A stretch of 63,432 bases of DNA, filler included, from Dimargaris cristalligena (taxonomy: Eukaryota): NCBI GenBank assembly GCA_003614675.1. It is 5 parts of 5 records of this genome, joined end to end, with 100 filler letters (N's around TTAATTAATTAA, not from the genome) between each part and the next. Parts side by side here need not be neighbours in the genome. Positions count along the whole stretch, not along the records: positions 38,194 to 50,785 come from ML003037.1; positions 50,886 to 63,432 come from ML003038.1; 3 more parts are not named here. One strand, given 5' to 3'. A model generated the notes under the pieces. It made no database searches. It worked only from the letters and a program-made list of their open reading frames with translations, and was not told the origin of the DNA. Numbering within the stretch: position 1 is the stretch's first letter; the number at the start of each line of letters is the position of its first letter. This document shows positions 39,297 to 51,883 of this stretch, piece by piece. The translations under genes and the position numbers were made by a program.

Positions 39297-39883
39297 CTGT
39301 CTATTATTAATGAAGTTATAGGTCATCCAAATCAATGGTGACTTTAACCCATGATGATTGACCATTTCATATTACTACTTTTATACTATTGACTATCCTT
39401 TATGAGTGGGGCTTAGGAATAACTAGCCTCCAGTGGTTTCCTTCTTAGAATTACACTATACAATTACTTAGTATGAATTCTTTTTATTAGTTTTATCAAT
39501 ATCTGACATGAAGGAGAATTAGGAAGACTGTATCTTCCAACCTTCCAATTTCTATAATTTGCTTCCCTTTAAATTACTATAATTTAGCCAGTAGGTCAAT
39601 TTATTATATATACCTTAGTAGTGTCCCCTCAGTTAAAGGGACAAGTTAGTTTCAAGACAAACAAATAAATATCTGTTTTAACTTCACTAGATAATACTGA
39701 CAATTAACCTTTTATCCAGTTTTATTATTACTAATTATTTTATTACCACTACTCCGATTTGTTAATTTTTATTTACTTAGCTCGAATTTATGGTATCCCC
39801 GAGTACCAAATTGATTATACTATTTGATTATAATATTTTTAGTTTATTATATTTTTCTTATCAACTGACAATGCAAGACAGCC

Positions 39884-40162
39884 ATGTATGATACAATGGA
39901 TGACCAGAAGATCAGTGGCAACTTCCCCAAGGTCACCTTGGTCTCAACCCCCTCAAACCCAGTAAAGTCCAACCCTCCACACTATATGACAAAATATGGT
40001 GACCCATCCAGTGGAAAGAAACCAGAGGTTCCCCCTCCTGCTGACACTCCCAAAGACAAACCAGTGGAGCCCCTTAAATGGTTGGCAACACACTTAACAC
40101 CAAGGCCTATTGGCACTGGCTCTTTCATATTAAATATACCAAATTTACCTAATATAGCTTGA
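39884..40162 (+). pseudogene. Possible exon or gene remnant, Pro/Lys-rich 92 aa
   Basis: GC-richer open frame in AT-rich DNA, preceded by CTGAC...CAG. CpG-free. No recognisable domain. Confidence 0.25.
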
Positions 40163-42056
40163 CACACTGCTGGACTCCATAGCATAACTTCACTTGCATC
40201 AGTGTTGAAATGGCAGTTAGTAATTATGTGTTAATGCATAGTGCATGATTAGGGAAGACTTAGGTATTATCGATATTATCAGAGGCAAGCATTATCGAAA
40301 TTATCCATCATATTACAACTTTGATACTGTCATTGACCCCCATGAAGGAACCTTGCATTACCTTTCGAAGTTGTGAGTGGAAAGCCAGCCCCAACAATGA
40401 TAGCCGGTTCAGTCGCAAAAGCCGTCAATAATGAAGGGCCCTTCAGTATTTATTCATCCTAGTCTTTTGCCATCTGTTATGTTTAAATCTGTTGATGCCT
40501 ATCGCTAATCTGGGGAGCATGCTCCAACATACAATCCCGAGGCAAAGTCCAAGACCGATTGTGAGTACCACGCCCAGTTATGCTCATCGTTATCACTCCC
40601 GAGTATTTTTGGAATACGTACATCTGGTCTGTGTTCGAATTTATATAATTTAAAGTAGGCGTCTGTGTATAGCTATAGAGAAGAAATCAACGAGGGTAAA
40701 CTCGATAGTACCCATGGTTCCTTAAGCACGTCATTATTTATTCAGCTTTGTCGATTTACTTGAATTCCTTTAAAAATAAATAACCACTCGTTAAATTAGT
40801 ATACTTGGTTCATCTCGTCACCACTCTATCGCTCCGTTAGAGAAATTGACACCGGACAAGGGCACGCCGAAGCCTACCAGCCTCTAGGGCCCCAGCACCA
40901 CAGATATGCCATTTTATAGGCGAGTTCCGATACATCATTACGATTGATAGATTTAATACAAGATCCAACCCATCTAAGACTTTAGTAATACGTGGGTTGG
41001 TATAGCTTCTAACCAAGTTATTGCACGTTCAACATCAACAGATCTTTAGACAGCCGGCCTAAGAGTAAAATATCGGTAACTATTATATTCATTTTAACTT
41101 GTGCTATGATAGAATCTACTAGGTCCAACCCACAAATACCCATCACAACTAATAATAAATAACGAAGTCGATATGAATGAACTCGAATTCACATTTACCT
41201 TCATTAACTAAATATGTTCGAAAATGCTATTAAAAAAAACAAGTAGGTGTGACCAAAAGCCATTGCCAATATGTATAAATATATGTATGTATAACAAGCA
41301 AGTGAAGCGGTAAGAAAACAGCCAGCGAACACGCGCGTAACAGCAAAGAATAGGGAAGGGGGCGGATCAAAACCAGGCTGGCCTCCATCATGCTTAATAA
41401 AACCAAAATATAGGGTAAGATCACAAGGATGCATGCTTGCCATTATGCTTTGTACTGACTCACTGGAAAATTGGAAACAATAAATAATTAAATCAACAAA
41501 AGCGGCAAGGTTCCAGTAAAACCCACCAACGACCGGGGGCATTCACACTAGAGTAACTGATAAACTGGAAACCGTAATACAAGTCGGTTAAACTATCCTA
41601 TAATAAAAAGATAAATGAAAAACAAGTTGATCCAACGATTGAAATCAGTGGAGGTGAGAGGAAATCGGTGGAAATCGGAGAATGGGGCGCAGAATAGTTG
41701 TAGGTCTGGGTAACGGAAATAAAGGAGGTAACCTATGCGGAGAAGAGGGTTCAAAATAGAGCTTGCTATCGTTTGAACCCCAAGGGTAGATGTTAAACTC
41801 GGGGGAATTAGTGGCACATTACATTAATAGGGATCATGGAATGAAATTACCCGATAGAACTGTTGCCAACGATAAAAAAATACTAGAGGTAGCACGATTA
41901 TAGGATTATTAATATTAGTGGTTTAGAAAAAATAAAAGGAGTTGCACAAAGTTGATAATAATGGGAGGGAAATAGACAAGGAGAAGTGGGGCAATGGGGA
42001 TATGGCGATGCTAAGTGCAATGTAGTAGTTTAGAGGAACAGGGGGCTAAGGTGCCT

Positions 42057-44533
42057 CTAAATTAAATACCGACCGGCTTCGGCAGTCTCTCCGCTAGCTG
42101 CTTCGGTGGGTGCCTGAAATGTACCGCTATCACGATTAGGAGATACGGAAGAAGCGCCCACCAAAGTCATGGGGTGAGATTCAGCGGAAGATGGAGACAG
42201 TGCACCACCAGCGGCCTGGGCCTCAGCCTGGGCCACCTGACTATTCAGCTTCTCCAATACAATAGGGGATACCATTGCAACACTATGGAGACGCGGCATT
42301 AAGTCGGTCGAGGGTGAAGACGAGAAAGGATTAGGTGATGAGGACGACGAGAGGGTTAATGATGGTAGGGACAGTGGTTGATTTGGGGGGCTAGTGGAAA
42401 GTTTGGTACTATTGCCTGCATCAAGCGGGGAGTCCCGATCCCGACCAGCCGTGGCCGCCAGATGCTTCCGCATCCGAAGGGTGATATCAGAAGCGGAAGG
42501 CAGGGAGGGAGCTGCAGATGCCGAAGAGCCACCAAGGGGGCTCGTAGTGGCACTGGGATGGTCCGGGGACATGGCCCCTAAGGCACGGGAGTTTCGCCGC
42601 GAGTTGTAAAGACTGCCGGGGAGGGAGGGAGTGACAGGGTCCAACGTGGCGTAGGGGGATACCATGGGGGATCCACTACCAGCAGCGGCACTGGGAGATA
42701 GTTGGCTCCGGTCACTTTCCGAGGCATTACTTGGGGCGGGACTATGATGCAAATAGCTGCGACGAGAGAGGGGGTCGTAAGTGGGGGCTGGCGGTTTGGG
42801 TGGAGTGCTTGTGGCTGGCACCAAACCCTCCTGAGAGCGGTTTGGGGTGGCAGTAGCAAAAGACCCGGTACCGTGGCCGCCGGACGGCTCGTTGGTGCTG
42901 GTATTTGTGGCCGAGTTGGCAGGGGGTGTATTGATCTTGGTGGAACAGGACGAATCGCGCAAAGCAACGGGATCAATGTCAGTCAGCTGGTTATCATTGG
43001 ACAGAGCGGTCCGCGTGTGGTCGTAGTTGGTGAACTCATTCTCGATTTTTTGCATCTCTGTGGATAAGGGTTTGGGGTTCTTGGAGCGGTTATTGACACG
43101 CAGAGGGGTGTCCTCCATGAGTAGCTCCTCCAATTCGTGGGTGGCATCGAAATTGGAGTGCTTGGCGTCCGGAACAAAAAGAGGCTTAATCTCCTTACGA
43201 GCTACTTGGTCCCAGTTGATCCCTTCAAACCACCGATGGTTGATGAGCTTTCGGTAATTGGACTCGCCGAACCCCAGGCGTTTGTGGATATTCCGTTCGC
43301 AGAGTCCGAGCAACACTTCTTTACAGGCGTCGGAGACGGGGCCTCCCATCACGGGCTTATCGGGGAAAGTGATGGGTTTCTGGAGGATAAGTCGGGCTAG
43401 CTCGTCATTGGACTTGGCACGGAATGGTCGCTGGCCAAACAACATTTCGTAAAGCAACACGCCGGTACTCCACCAGTCTACAGAGAAGGTATAACCCATA
43501 CGTTGTAGAATTTCCGGCGCCATATAGGCTAAGGAACCAGCCACAGAAGTTAGTTTTTTACCCGGCTTGATACGGACGGCAATGTTAAAATCGGTCAAGT
43601 GAGCGTGGCCCTGGGAGTCCAGTAATACGTTATCGGGCTTGATGTCACGGTGTACAAACCGTTTGGAATGCAAGTAATGCAGACTGACAATGATTTCGGC
43701 AGCCCATAACCGGATGACCTCCTCGGATAAGGAGCCCTTGCGGTCGACATGGAAGCGCAGGTCGCCACCCAGCATCAGATCCAGTACCATGAACATATTC
43801 TCGTCATCCTGGAACGCATACCGCAAGTTACAAATCAGGGGGAATTTAATTTCCTCCAGGATGCGACGCTCCTGAATGATGTTATCGATGGCCTTCATCC
43901 GAATGCATTTTTCCTTGTTGATATACTTAAGGGCATAGTTTTGCTTATTGGCCTTATGCTGGACGATCCGGACCTAATGACGGAAGTATATGAAGACGAA
44001 CAAGGTACGGGGGGGGGTAGTATGGAATAGACACCATCAGCAGATGGACAAAGTATTATATGCGGGTTAGAGTCACGGAGGTGGGCAGAAGCCAGGTAAA
44101 TTCGGCATTTAGTGGAGGGTCAGAAATCGGAGGAAGGGGACTGATATTAATATGCCTTCCTACGAGCTGCCCGTGGTACATATATGCAAGGTAGATAAAC
44201 CCAGGTCGAGCCGCAACGTGGTGGGGAGGTGGACGTAGGGAGGACATATGCGAACAGGAAGGAGAGTATGGTAATGTGGCCCACCCCATTGGACGTGCAA
44301 AACACCCCTTTTCGAAATCCGAACCTCCACACACGCAACAGTGGAATCGAAGAGGAGGTTGCATAGCCAATTTTTTAGACTGAATTGTGGAGAGATAAGC
44401 GAGAATAGGGAGTGGTGGTGTAACTTACTTTTCCAAAGGCACCCTTGCCGACGCAGCGCAGCAGGTCGAAATGGGCTAAACGGACTTCCTCGGTGAAATC
44501 GATGGAGGAATCGCGACAACAGACGGCACCCAT
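42057..44533 (-). CDS. AGC-group STK32/YANK Ser/Thr kinase. Exons 44533-44429 and 43973-42057
   Basis: MGAVCC...HFDLLRCVGKGAFGK|VRIVQHK...YALKYINK, NLRYAFQDDENMFMVLDLMLGGDLRFH, HRDIKPDN, family-typical LTDFNIA, NFDATHELEELL. Long Ser/Pro-rich tail. Confidence 0.92.
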
Positions 44534-47500
44534 CTCGACTAAGTGTATTTAAAGGAGTTGGTATGTATCTATGTAAACAAACCAACGCGACTCGATATGG
44601 GAAGCGGGAGAACAGAACAGTGATGGTGGGCCTGGAAAAGAGGGTTAGAGGAAACTCCGACCAAACAGAGCTACCCAGACTCGCAGCTAACTAAGAAAGC
44701 GGTTGATGGGAGGGTAATTGAAGGAGAACACCAAAGAGTATAGGCAGCACCTCGTCAGCATCAATGTATGCGCTATAGCCGGTGCAGCGATAGATATATA
44801 TGTGTATGTATGTATGCCTAAAAAAAAAGACGAATATAAACCCAAAAAAGGGACACGATATAAAATTCGGACAGGTCCCTTGGAGCAGAGTGACAACAGG
44901 CGGGGCAAATAAGACGAGGTCAGGGGTCTGTCGGACTATAAATAAGGTGCTATGGGAGCAGTGATATAGAACATTAAAGAGCGGAGGAATTGGACGTCCG
45001 AGATAGCGGGAGGTGTAGTTTGGCGCTGCGAGGGCAAACTGGAACGGCTAATAAAAACTAGAGCTAGTAGGAACTCAAGAACGAACGACGAGGGGGTTAG
45101 GCCACGCGGTCAAAGGGCGGACACGAGTTGGTCGAGGGCTTTAAGGGGAAAGGCCTGTCGGTGGAAAGAGAGTGAGAGGAGAGGTCACGGTAGCTAAGAT
45201 AAGATAATATAATATTATAAGGGAGAAGAGAGAGTGAGAGAAAAAAGAATCGGTGGATGAGTTAAGGCCAGAGGACAGTGAGTGGAGGGAATAGGAAGGA
45301 AAAGAGGTAGAAAGCAACCAACCACTCGTTTGATAGGTTGGAGTGGACAAGATGGAGTAGAGTAGTGCGCATATATTTGGTGGTTGCCTTCAAAACACGC
45401 CTCGCCCAAGGTCAGTCAGTTATAAAAGATGGCCACAAAGTTCAGCTGACGGGGAATGGGGAGGAGAGGGAGCCTATAGCACTTAGGAAAGAGAGGGAAA
45501 AGGCACTTCGCTCCTGGTCAACAAGGACCGGGGAACTCTACAGACAGCCACACTAGTGCGAGGGCCGTCCAACAGCGAAGGGATGAGCCAAGTGCACTCC
45601 CCAACTTGCTCATACACTAATAGGATATGTCTATCGGTCTCTATCGGGATACTTCATAGTCTAGTGGGGGAGAGAGCCTCGAGCAACCGCGAAGGATACA
45701 CATACACCCCTAGCCACGCTGCCTAAGCCAAAACAGGCCGGCAGTGTAGAGCGGGTGAATACGGAGCGAAGACTAAGGTTCCGGTTAAGCCGACTTACCG
45801 ATAACCGAGTGAACGCTTTAGGGGGCAGTAGGACGACCGAGGGAGAGGGGCACGGACGATGGTTCCCGGGTACCAAATATATATATATATATATATAAAT
45901 ACTAATAAAAGGGGTCGTACTACACAGATACAAAGGCACCGGTCCTTGGTAGGGGAGTACAGTATACTAAAGACTATTAAGAAAACCAGTCGGGGTACAA
46001 ACACGAAGTTCTGGTACAAGGCTGTCACAGATATAGAGAGAACGAACTAACGACGAGAGAGAAAGAAATAAGTAAAGAACGAAATGAAGGAAAGTAACAT
46101 AAGGAAGGAAGGACCCGGGTCAAAAAGAGAAGGAAAGAGAGAAAGAAGAGTAGAGAGTGTAAATAGTGAGGGTTAATCAATGGCAGCTACCGCATATACG
46201 ATGAAAAAGTAAGAGAGCAAGAGAGAGAGAGAAAGGAAAGAGCACCGCTCACAGTGGGTTAAAGTATAGGTAAATTAGGTAAAGAGCATACATCCAAGGA
46301 CCGGGTGCCAATGTCTCCTCCTCTAGTCTACTGCCAGTATATGGGGGAGGTCCATGTATCTAAAGCCCGCCGACTTCGATTCCTTTTGGGGCTTAGTGAG
46401 AGGAATAGTCCTTCCATGCATATCATTGCTATTCATAATAATCCCAATTGTTATATAATAGAACCTCCCAATGTTTGTGGTTGGAAAATGGAAGACCCCG
46501 AGTGGCCATGGTGGATGTTGGCAAAGACTTGGGGGGCTATATTGTAGCCGAGCAGTCCTTTGTCGCACTACTTGAGGGGGATAATTCTTGAGAAGGCGGA
46601 TGACCCCCATCTTCCGTTTCATGTTTTAACACAGGCATGTAAATTTTGGTACCCATGGCCCAATATATATATATATATAAATACATTGGGCATGGTGTGG
46701 CTGCGAATCATCTCCATTTCTCTCCCATTCCTTGTGCTAATGGCCTTTAAAGCCACTGGAGTCCTTGGGGAACTTAGATATCTACGGGTGGGTGCTATAG
46801 TATAGATAGGTTATAGGACCATCCATCCCCGATGGCCCAGAATTAGAATCGCTACAGTATCCTCACCCCTTTCCCCTGTGAGCCCTCTAAACTAAAATAG
46901 CTGTTGAAGTGGGTGACGTCGAGGCATGTCGGGTGTGGTTGGTGGCCCTGACCCAAAATTTAGTTTAGACCACACCAATCACACCGTATCGAACATCCTG
47001 CTGGCCATAGAAAGGGAGACCCACCGACGTATCAAAAAGATCCAAGTATAGAAATAGGAAGCACATGTTGGGTGAGTAAAACTGCATCGCCTCCCCTGTC
47101 TCCTAGATTGGAGAGGCGGAGGCAACCATTATGATATATACTCTCTTTATTATTTATTATACCGCAGATCTTACCTCACCTTCATTGTTGGATAGCTACA
47201 TGAACCTTCTTCAATGCTGGCCAATTTAGGTATTGGCAGTCAAGGTGCACGCCGGCAAGTTGCTGTGACGGTGGCCGAGAACAACGATAACGACTAGAAT
47301 GGTAGCGACTGCGACGTACGATACCAAAGTGGAGGGATGGGCGATAAAAGCCGACTTGTAAAAATGAACCAGCGGTCGTGTCCATCGAAATCAGACGCAG
47401 ATCATCATGAGTTCCGCACCAATGATGTACACCTCACCTAACTATTCGCCTTGGACTGTGCAACTCAGTTTGCGCATCCCTGCCATATTCAACCCCGGCG

Positions 47501-49062
47501 CTTGAGTGATTTGGTAGGAAGGGGGGGGAGACAATCCCTCTCCCCCACCACCTCTTCGATTGGTATACTATTCGCTCGCTGTTGACTTCAAATTGGTGAC
47601 CCTTCACTTGCCCAATGCTATACTGATTTGGTGTCTAGGCGGGGCAATAAGCCTTTATTCAGTCTCGTAACCTTTTGCCCATAGTGAAGGGTTTCTGGCC
47701 CGCCCCTTTCATTATAATCCTTCCCCCCACCTCCTCTCGAATCTATTTGCCAGCTGAGGAGGAGGACCAATGGTACTGTGAACCGCCCCTTCTTGCCTCC
47801 ACCACTTGAAAGCTAGCGGTGCTTTAAAGCGGGTCTACGATACGTTGGAGGTCGCAGGGACACGCCGATGGGCAATCGGGTTAAGTGAGTATCATTCGAG
47901 CAGTTTACAGCCACCACCACTTACTAGTCTTAACATCATTCAAGAATGGGAAAGGAGTACCGTGCCGCAAGGTAAAGACCGCGAATCCCTTAGTTTTCTC
48001 CCTACCCGCTCGACATGACACTGGCTGAGCTAATAAAGGGATCTCGCTAGTCAATTGGTGCCTCGAACCCCCCGGCCCGCGTACCGAACTTGGGACCGCC
48101 GAATAAAACGGATACCTTAGTAAACAGATACCCAGTCGTGCGTAGATTATCGAAATTTTGATCGGGCAGAACCTCGGCCCACCGATTCTATACTTAGCCA
48201 GGCGAAAGGCAAATACAATACACAGGTCATGCAATTCCTATGTTCAGCGAACATTGATGCAAGTCACCGTGGTATATTTCCCAGATACCAACTTATCAGC
48301 GAAAGCACTATGCCCTCACATAGTCAACCCCCGGTGTAGTTATGTATAAGAACTTCTCACCCCTCCCCCTCTCTCTCTTACTTTCCCTCTCGCTCTTGTG
48401 CAGCCCACTCCACGTGAAACAGCCGCATACCCACAGACAGTCGTTTGCTATACCCATGTCCATTAACCAGTGTACCAGAAAGCAACCATACATTTGCCCA
48501 CATTAACTAGTACACTTAAAACAGTATACTAATCTCAGAAAATAATAATAGGCAGAACACTCCCATCTCCCAGTCACTGAGATTGTATAGAGATTGGAGT
48601 ACAGTGGGGCGGTAGGATCTTAACCTAAACCTGGCAATGGGTCCCGATTGTTCTAGACCAGACCCAATAGGTCTAGCTGAATGTGAAAATATACAAAAAA
48701 AAACGACTGGCACTCAACTCCCCCCTTTTCCCCAGCCATCAGTACACATCCGCAAGAGAGGTCAAACCCAAATCACTCTTGGAATTCTAGGTATTTCCGA
48801 GTCATATCGGCTCTCAGCTCAACCAGGCCTACTCCTTCCTCGCATGGGTTTGTTTTCGACTATCATTAAACATTACAGGTTGTAGTAAAGGGTGACAAGC
48901 GACGGATCACTTAGTCCGCCTTTATTAAATATAATTAGGCCGATGGTATTCCATAGGTCCCGATAGATGTAACTGAAGGGTTAACCAGTGCAAGCACTTA
49001 AACCGGAATCAGCCGTCGGGTAGAGCGTGCCGTGAGTGGGCGATGCCGGAGGAGCCGCGAAT

Positions 49063-49878
49063 TTACTGGGACTTCTTCTGCTTCTCAATGTGTTCATCGA
49101 GCTCCTTCTTGGTGCTATCGATACTCTCCTGGGCCTTGGCGAGTTTCTCCTTAAGCTGCTGGATCTTGAGCATCTCCTATAGTATCAAAATATTCAGAAA
49201 ATGAGGAGTGTCGGATGATGGCATTAATTCCATAGACAGCTAGAAAGGGGTAAATAACGTAAATTTGGGAAGCAATCTTTTTTGCCAAGGCGAACGAGGG
49301 TCCGTCGAAGCGATGCCAGCCACCTAGGTGTTATTTGAGCGATTCCGGATTAATGATCCATGGAAAAACCTACCTGTTCGTGAATGTACTTGTTTTCAAT
49401 GGCGTTCTCCTATTAATATTAAAAAGCGCAATATAAGCCAAATCGATGAGGGTTATTACAACAAGGGTTAGCTAAAGTGACCAAACGATCCCAGTACCGG
49501 GTGATGTGTAACGTGGATATCCCAGAAGCTGGAAGGAAGTGGTGTATGAACAATAAGGCGTTTAGGCCCCTGGCAGCAGAACCCCACGTCCAGTTAGAAT
49601 AGTCCAACCGGCCCTGGGGACCAAAGACCAGCCATCCTGTAGAATGGACCCTATAAAGACCATGATCAAGCAGGCTATAGGACCAGAACAAAGCCAAGCG
49701 AATAGAAAGCCCATGTATGATTGTGGGGTCTTACTTTTTCGCTGAAGGCACCGCCACCACGGGGAATAGCGCCCTCGGTGTAGAAGGCCTTCTGAACGGC
49801 CAGGGGGCGGGCAATCGCGAAGCGGGCGCGGAAGGCAGCGGACAGGAGCATGGAGGTAGTCTTGGTGGAAATGGCCAT
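49063..49878 (-). CDS. INH1: Mitochondrial F1Fo-ATPase inhibitor (IF1/Inh1/Stf1-like). Exons 49878-49735, 49409-49374, 49176-49063
   Basis: Arg-rich presequence, then YTEGAIPRGGGAFSEK|ENAIENKYIHEQ|EMLKIQQLKEKL coiled coil. Two phase-0 GT-AG introns. The ORF track shows only exon 1. Confidence 0.9.
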
Positions 49879-50517
49879 GGTGGAGTTTATTGAAGGGTGA
49901 AGGAAGGATGAGATGTGAATAAAGACAGGAATTACTGGATAGATGTTTAAAAGAAAGAGAGAGGGAGGTGGTGCATGTATAGCTTGGGTTTCAAATCAAG
50001 CGGGACATGGGGGGGAAGTCCACATGCGGAAGAATCGCGCAGTGGTGGTATTTTGGGGGTATCCGGGGCGTGACTCTCTTCCCCCCACCCGCCCATTACT
50101 ATAGGGGAGGGTGAGCACTGACTCTGGCTGACTGACGTAGTCCTCCCCCCCACCACCACGAGCAGAAGGGTTCTCGGCCTTTGCTTGGCTGGATGAAACC
50201 AACTGACACCAACAGTCCCGCCCAAGCCGGGATGGGAGTTTGAGTCCATCGCCGTAATCATTTAATTCGCCAAGTGGAACAATATAATTCCCATCAACCG
50301 CATATATAGTTTTGAGCGGGGTTGGAAGGAGCATCCTCGAATCATAATGGATCATCTATACGCATACCACCACCGCCAAGTCAGTGCCATCCACCCATTT
50401 TCGAGGGCCTAAAGAGCCATCTTCACTATAGTATGCCGCAGCAGCTAGGCACGGGAGGAGAGCTGTGACTTTGCCTCTTTGTCAAAGAAACTTGCTTTCC
50501 CTAACAATAGTAATTGT

Positions 50518-51485
50518 ATTATCGTTGATAGATGCCGTCGACGTTTTGTTATTTATTGGCAATACTTATTACGCCAATTGGACAAGTCCACGGTCTGCAA
50601 TAACCGAAAGTCGTCGTGCACATGTGTAAAGAACACGGCAGAGACAAATTTTGATAGTAAAAATAGAATAAACTAATAGGGTCGGATGGTAGGAAGGAAT
50701 AAAAGAAGGAGAAAGATAGAGAAACAAATTTTCGCATGGAAATTTTTCCTTTCTACTTCGGGGAAAGTAATATTTTTACGGAAAANNNNNNNNNNNNNNN
50801 NNNNNNNNNNNNNNNNNNNNNNNNNNNNNTTAATTAATTAANNNNNNNNNNNNNNNNNNNNNNNNNNNNNNNNNNNNNNNNNNNNACCAAAAGGTCGCCT
50901 GCCTTAGATTCACTTTAAATAAAACTCTACTTCATCTAAGCCAAACAGGTACCTTGCTTTTGTTTGCTTCATTTTTAAGTAGCAAAATTTTTCACTACTC
51001 ATTTTCGAACTGTTCATGACTATCCATCCCTCTTTTTTGACCATTCAGGCACCTGCAAGACTACCCAAAACCACCCCCCGACTGTCTGACCCATTTACCG
51101 GAATAATGATTCTGTGGACATTCTGATGATCCATTCAACTTTCCGCCAATTTTGTGAGCATTTCGAAATTCATTTTTAAAAAAACTCATTATGTTAATAG
51201 AGGGGAAAGAAAAAAAATTCTGTAAAAATATTACTATCCCCAGAGTAGAAAGGAAAAAGTTTCCCTGCAAAAATTTGTTTCTCTATCTTTCTCCTTCTTT
51301 TATTCCTTCCTACCATCTGACCCTATTAGTTTATTCTATTTTTACTATCAAAATGTGTCTTTGCTGTGTTCTTTACACAGGTGCATGATGACTTTTCGGT
51401 TATTGCAGACCGTAGACTTATCCAATTGGCATAATAAGCATTGCCAATAAATAGCAAAATGTCAACAGCATCTATCAATGATAAT
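50518..51485. repeat. Long inverted repeat (arms 50518-50785 and ~51218-51485) around a gap; DNA-transposon/foldback-like
   Basis: About 268-bp arms align as reverse complements. The left arm keeps its CpGs and the right arm has lost most. Confidence 0.85.
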
Positions 51486-51883
51486 TAGTTAGCAACCAGA
51501 TTATGACAGCAATTAGAGTGAGTTGGGGTGGCTAAAGCCCACGTGTCCCTTGGCACTCCTCCTGTTAGTGCCATTGTACATTCTTCACTAATCATGTGCC
51601 TTCAACTACCATTTCCTTATCAGGACAATCTAATATAGTAAATTCCCTCCTTGGTATGTACAAAGTGGCCTGTTATACGGACTCTACCTGTGTGCTGTGT
51701 TGTATGACATTTATTGAATCCCTGCTATTTGTTAGTTATCACCAAACTAGCTACAGCAGCTGTACTGCACATCCCGCAACACCCCTCCCATTAATCTCAC
51801 TGTTCTAGAAAAACAACAGTAGCAACAACAGCAATTGTCCATTAGCTGTGTTAATTGCTGACATGGCTCAAAAATGAGTTTTT

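Noticed and set aside
47226-47409. Minus-strand MMICV-TGA-FRW... frame (possible selenoprotein CxU) and an ATGATGA box C-like motif
   Set aside because: No similarity to known selenoprotein families, no SECIS seen, and no properly placed terminal box D.
50171-50195. TTCTCGGCCTTTG resembling the U2 snRNA 5' end
   Set aside because: No GTGTAGTA branch-pairing sequence or Sm site follows.
12679-50885. TTAATTAATTAA inside N runs at 12679-12778, 25389-25488, 38094-38193 and 50786-50885
   Set aside because: Identical 100-nt blocks with stops in all six frames: an artificial scaffold linker.
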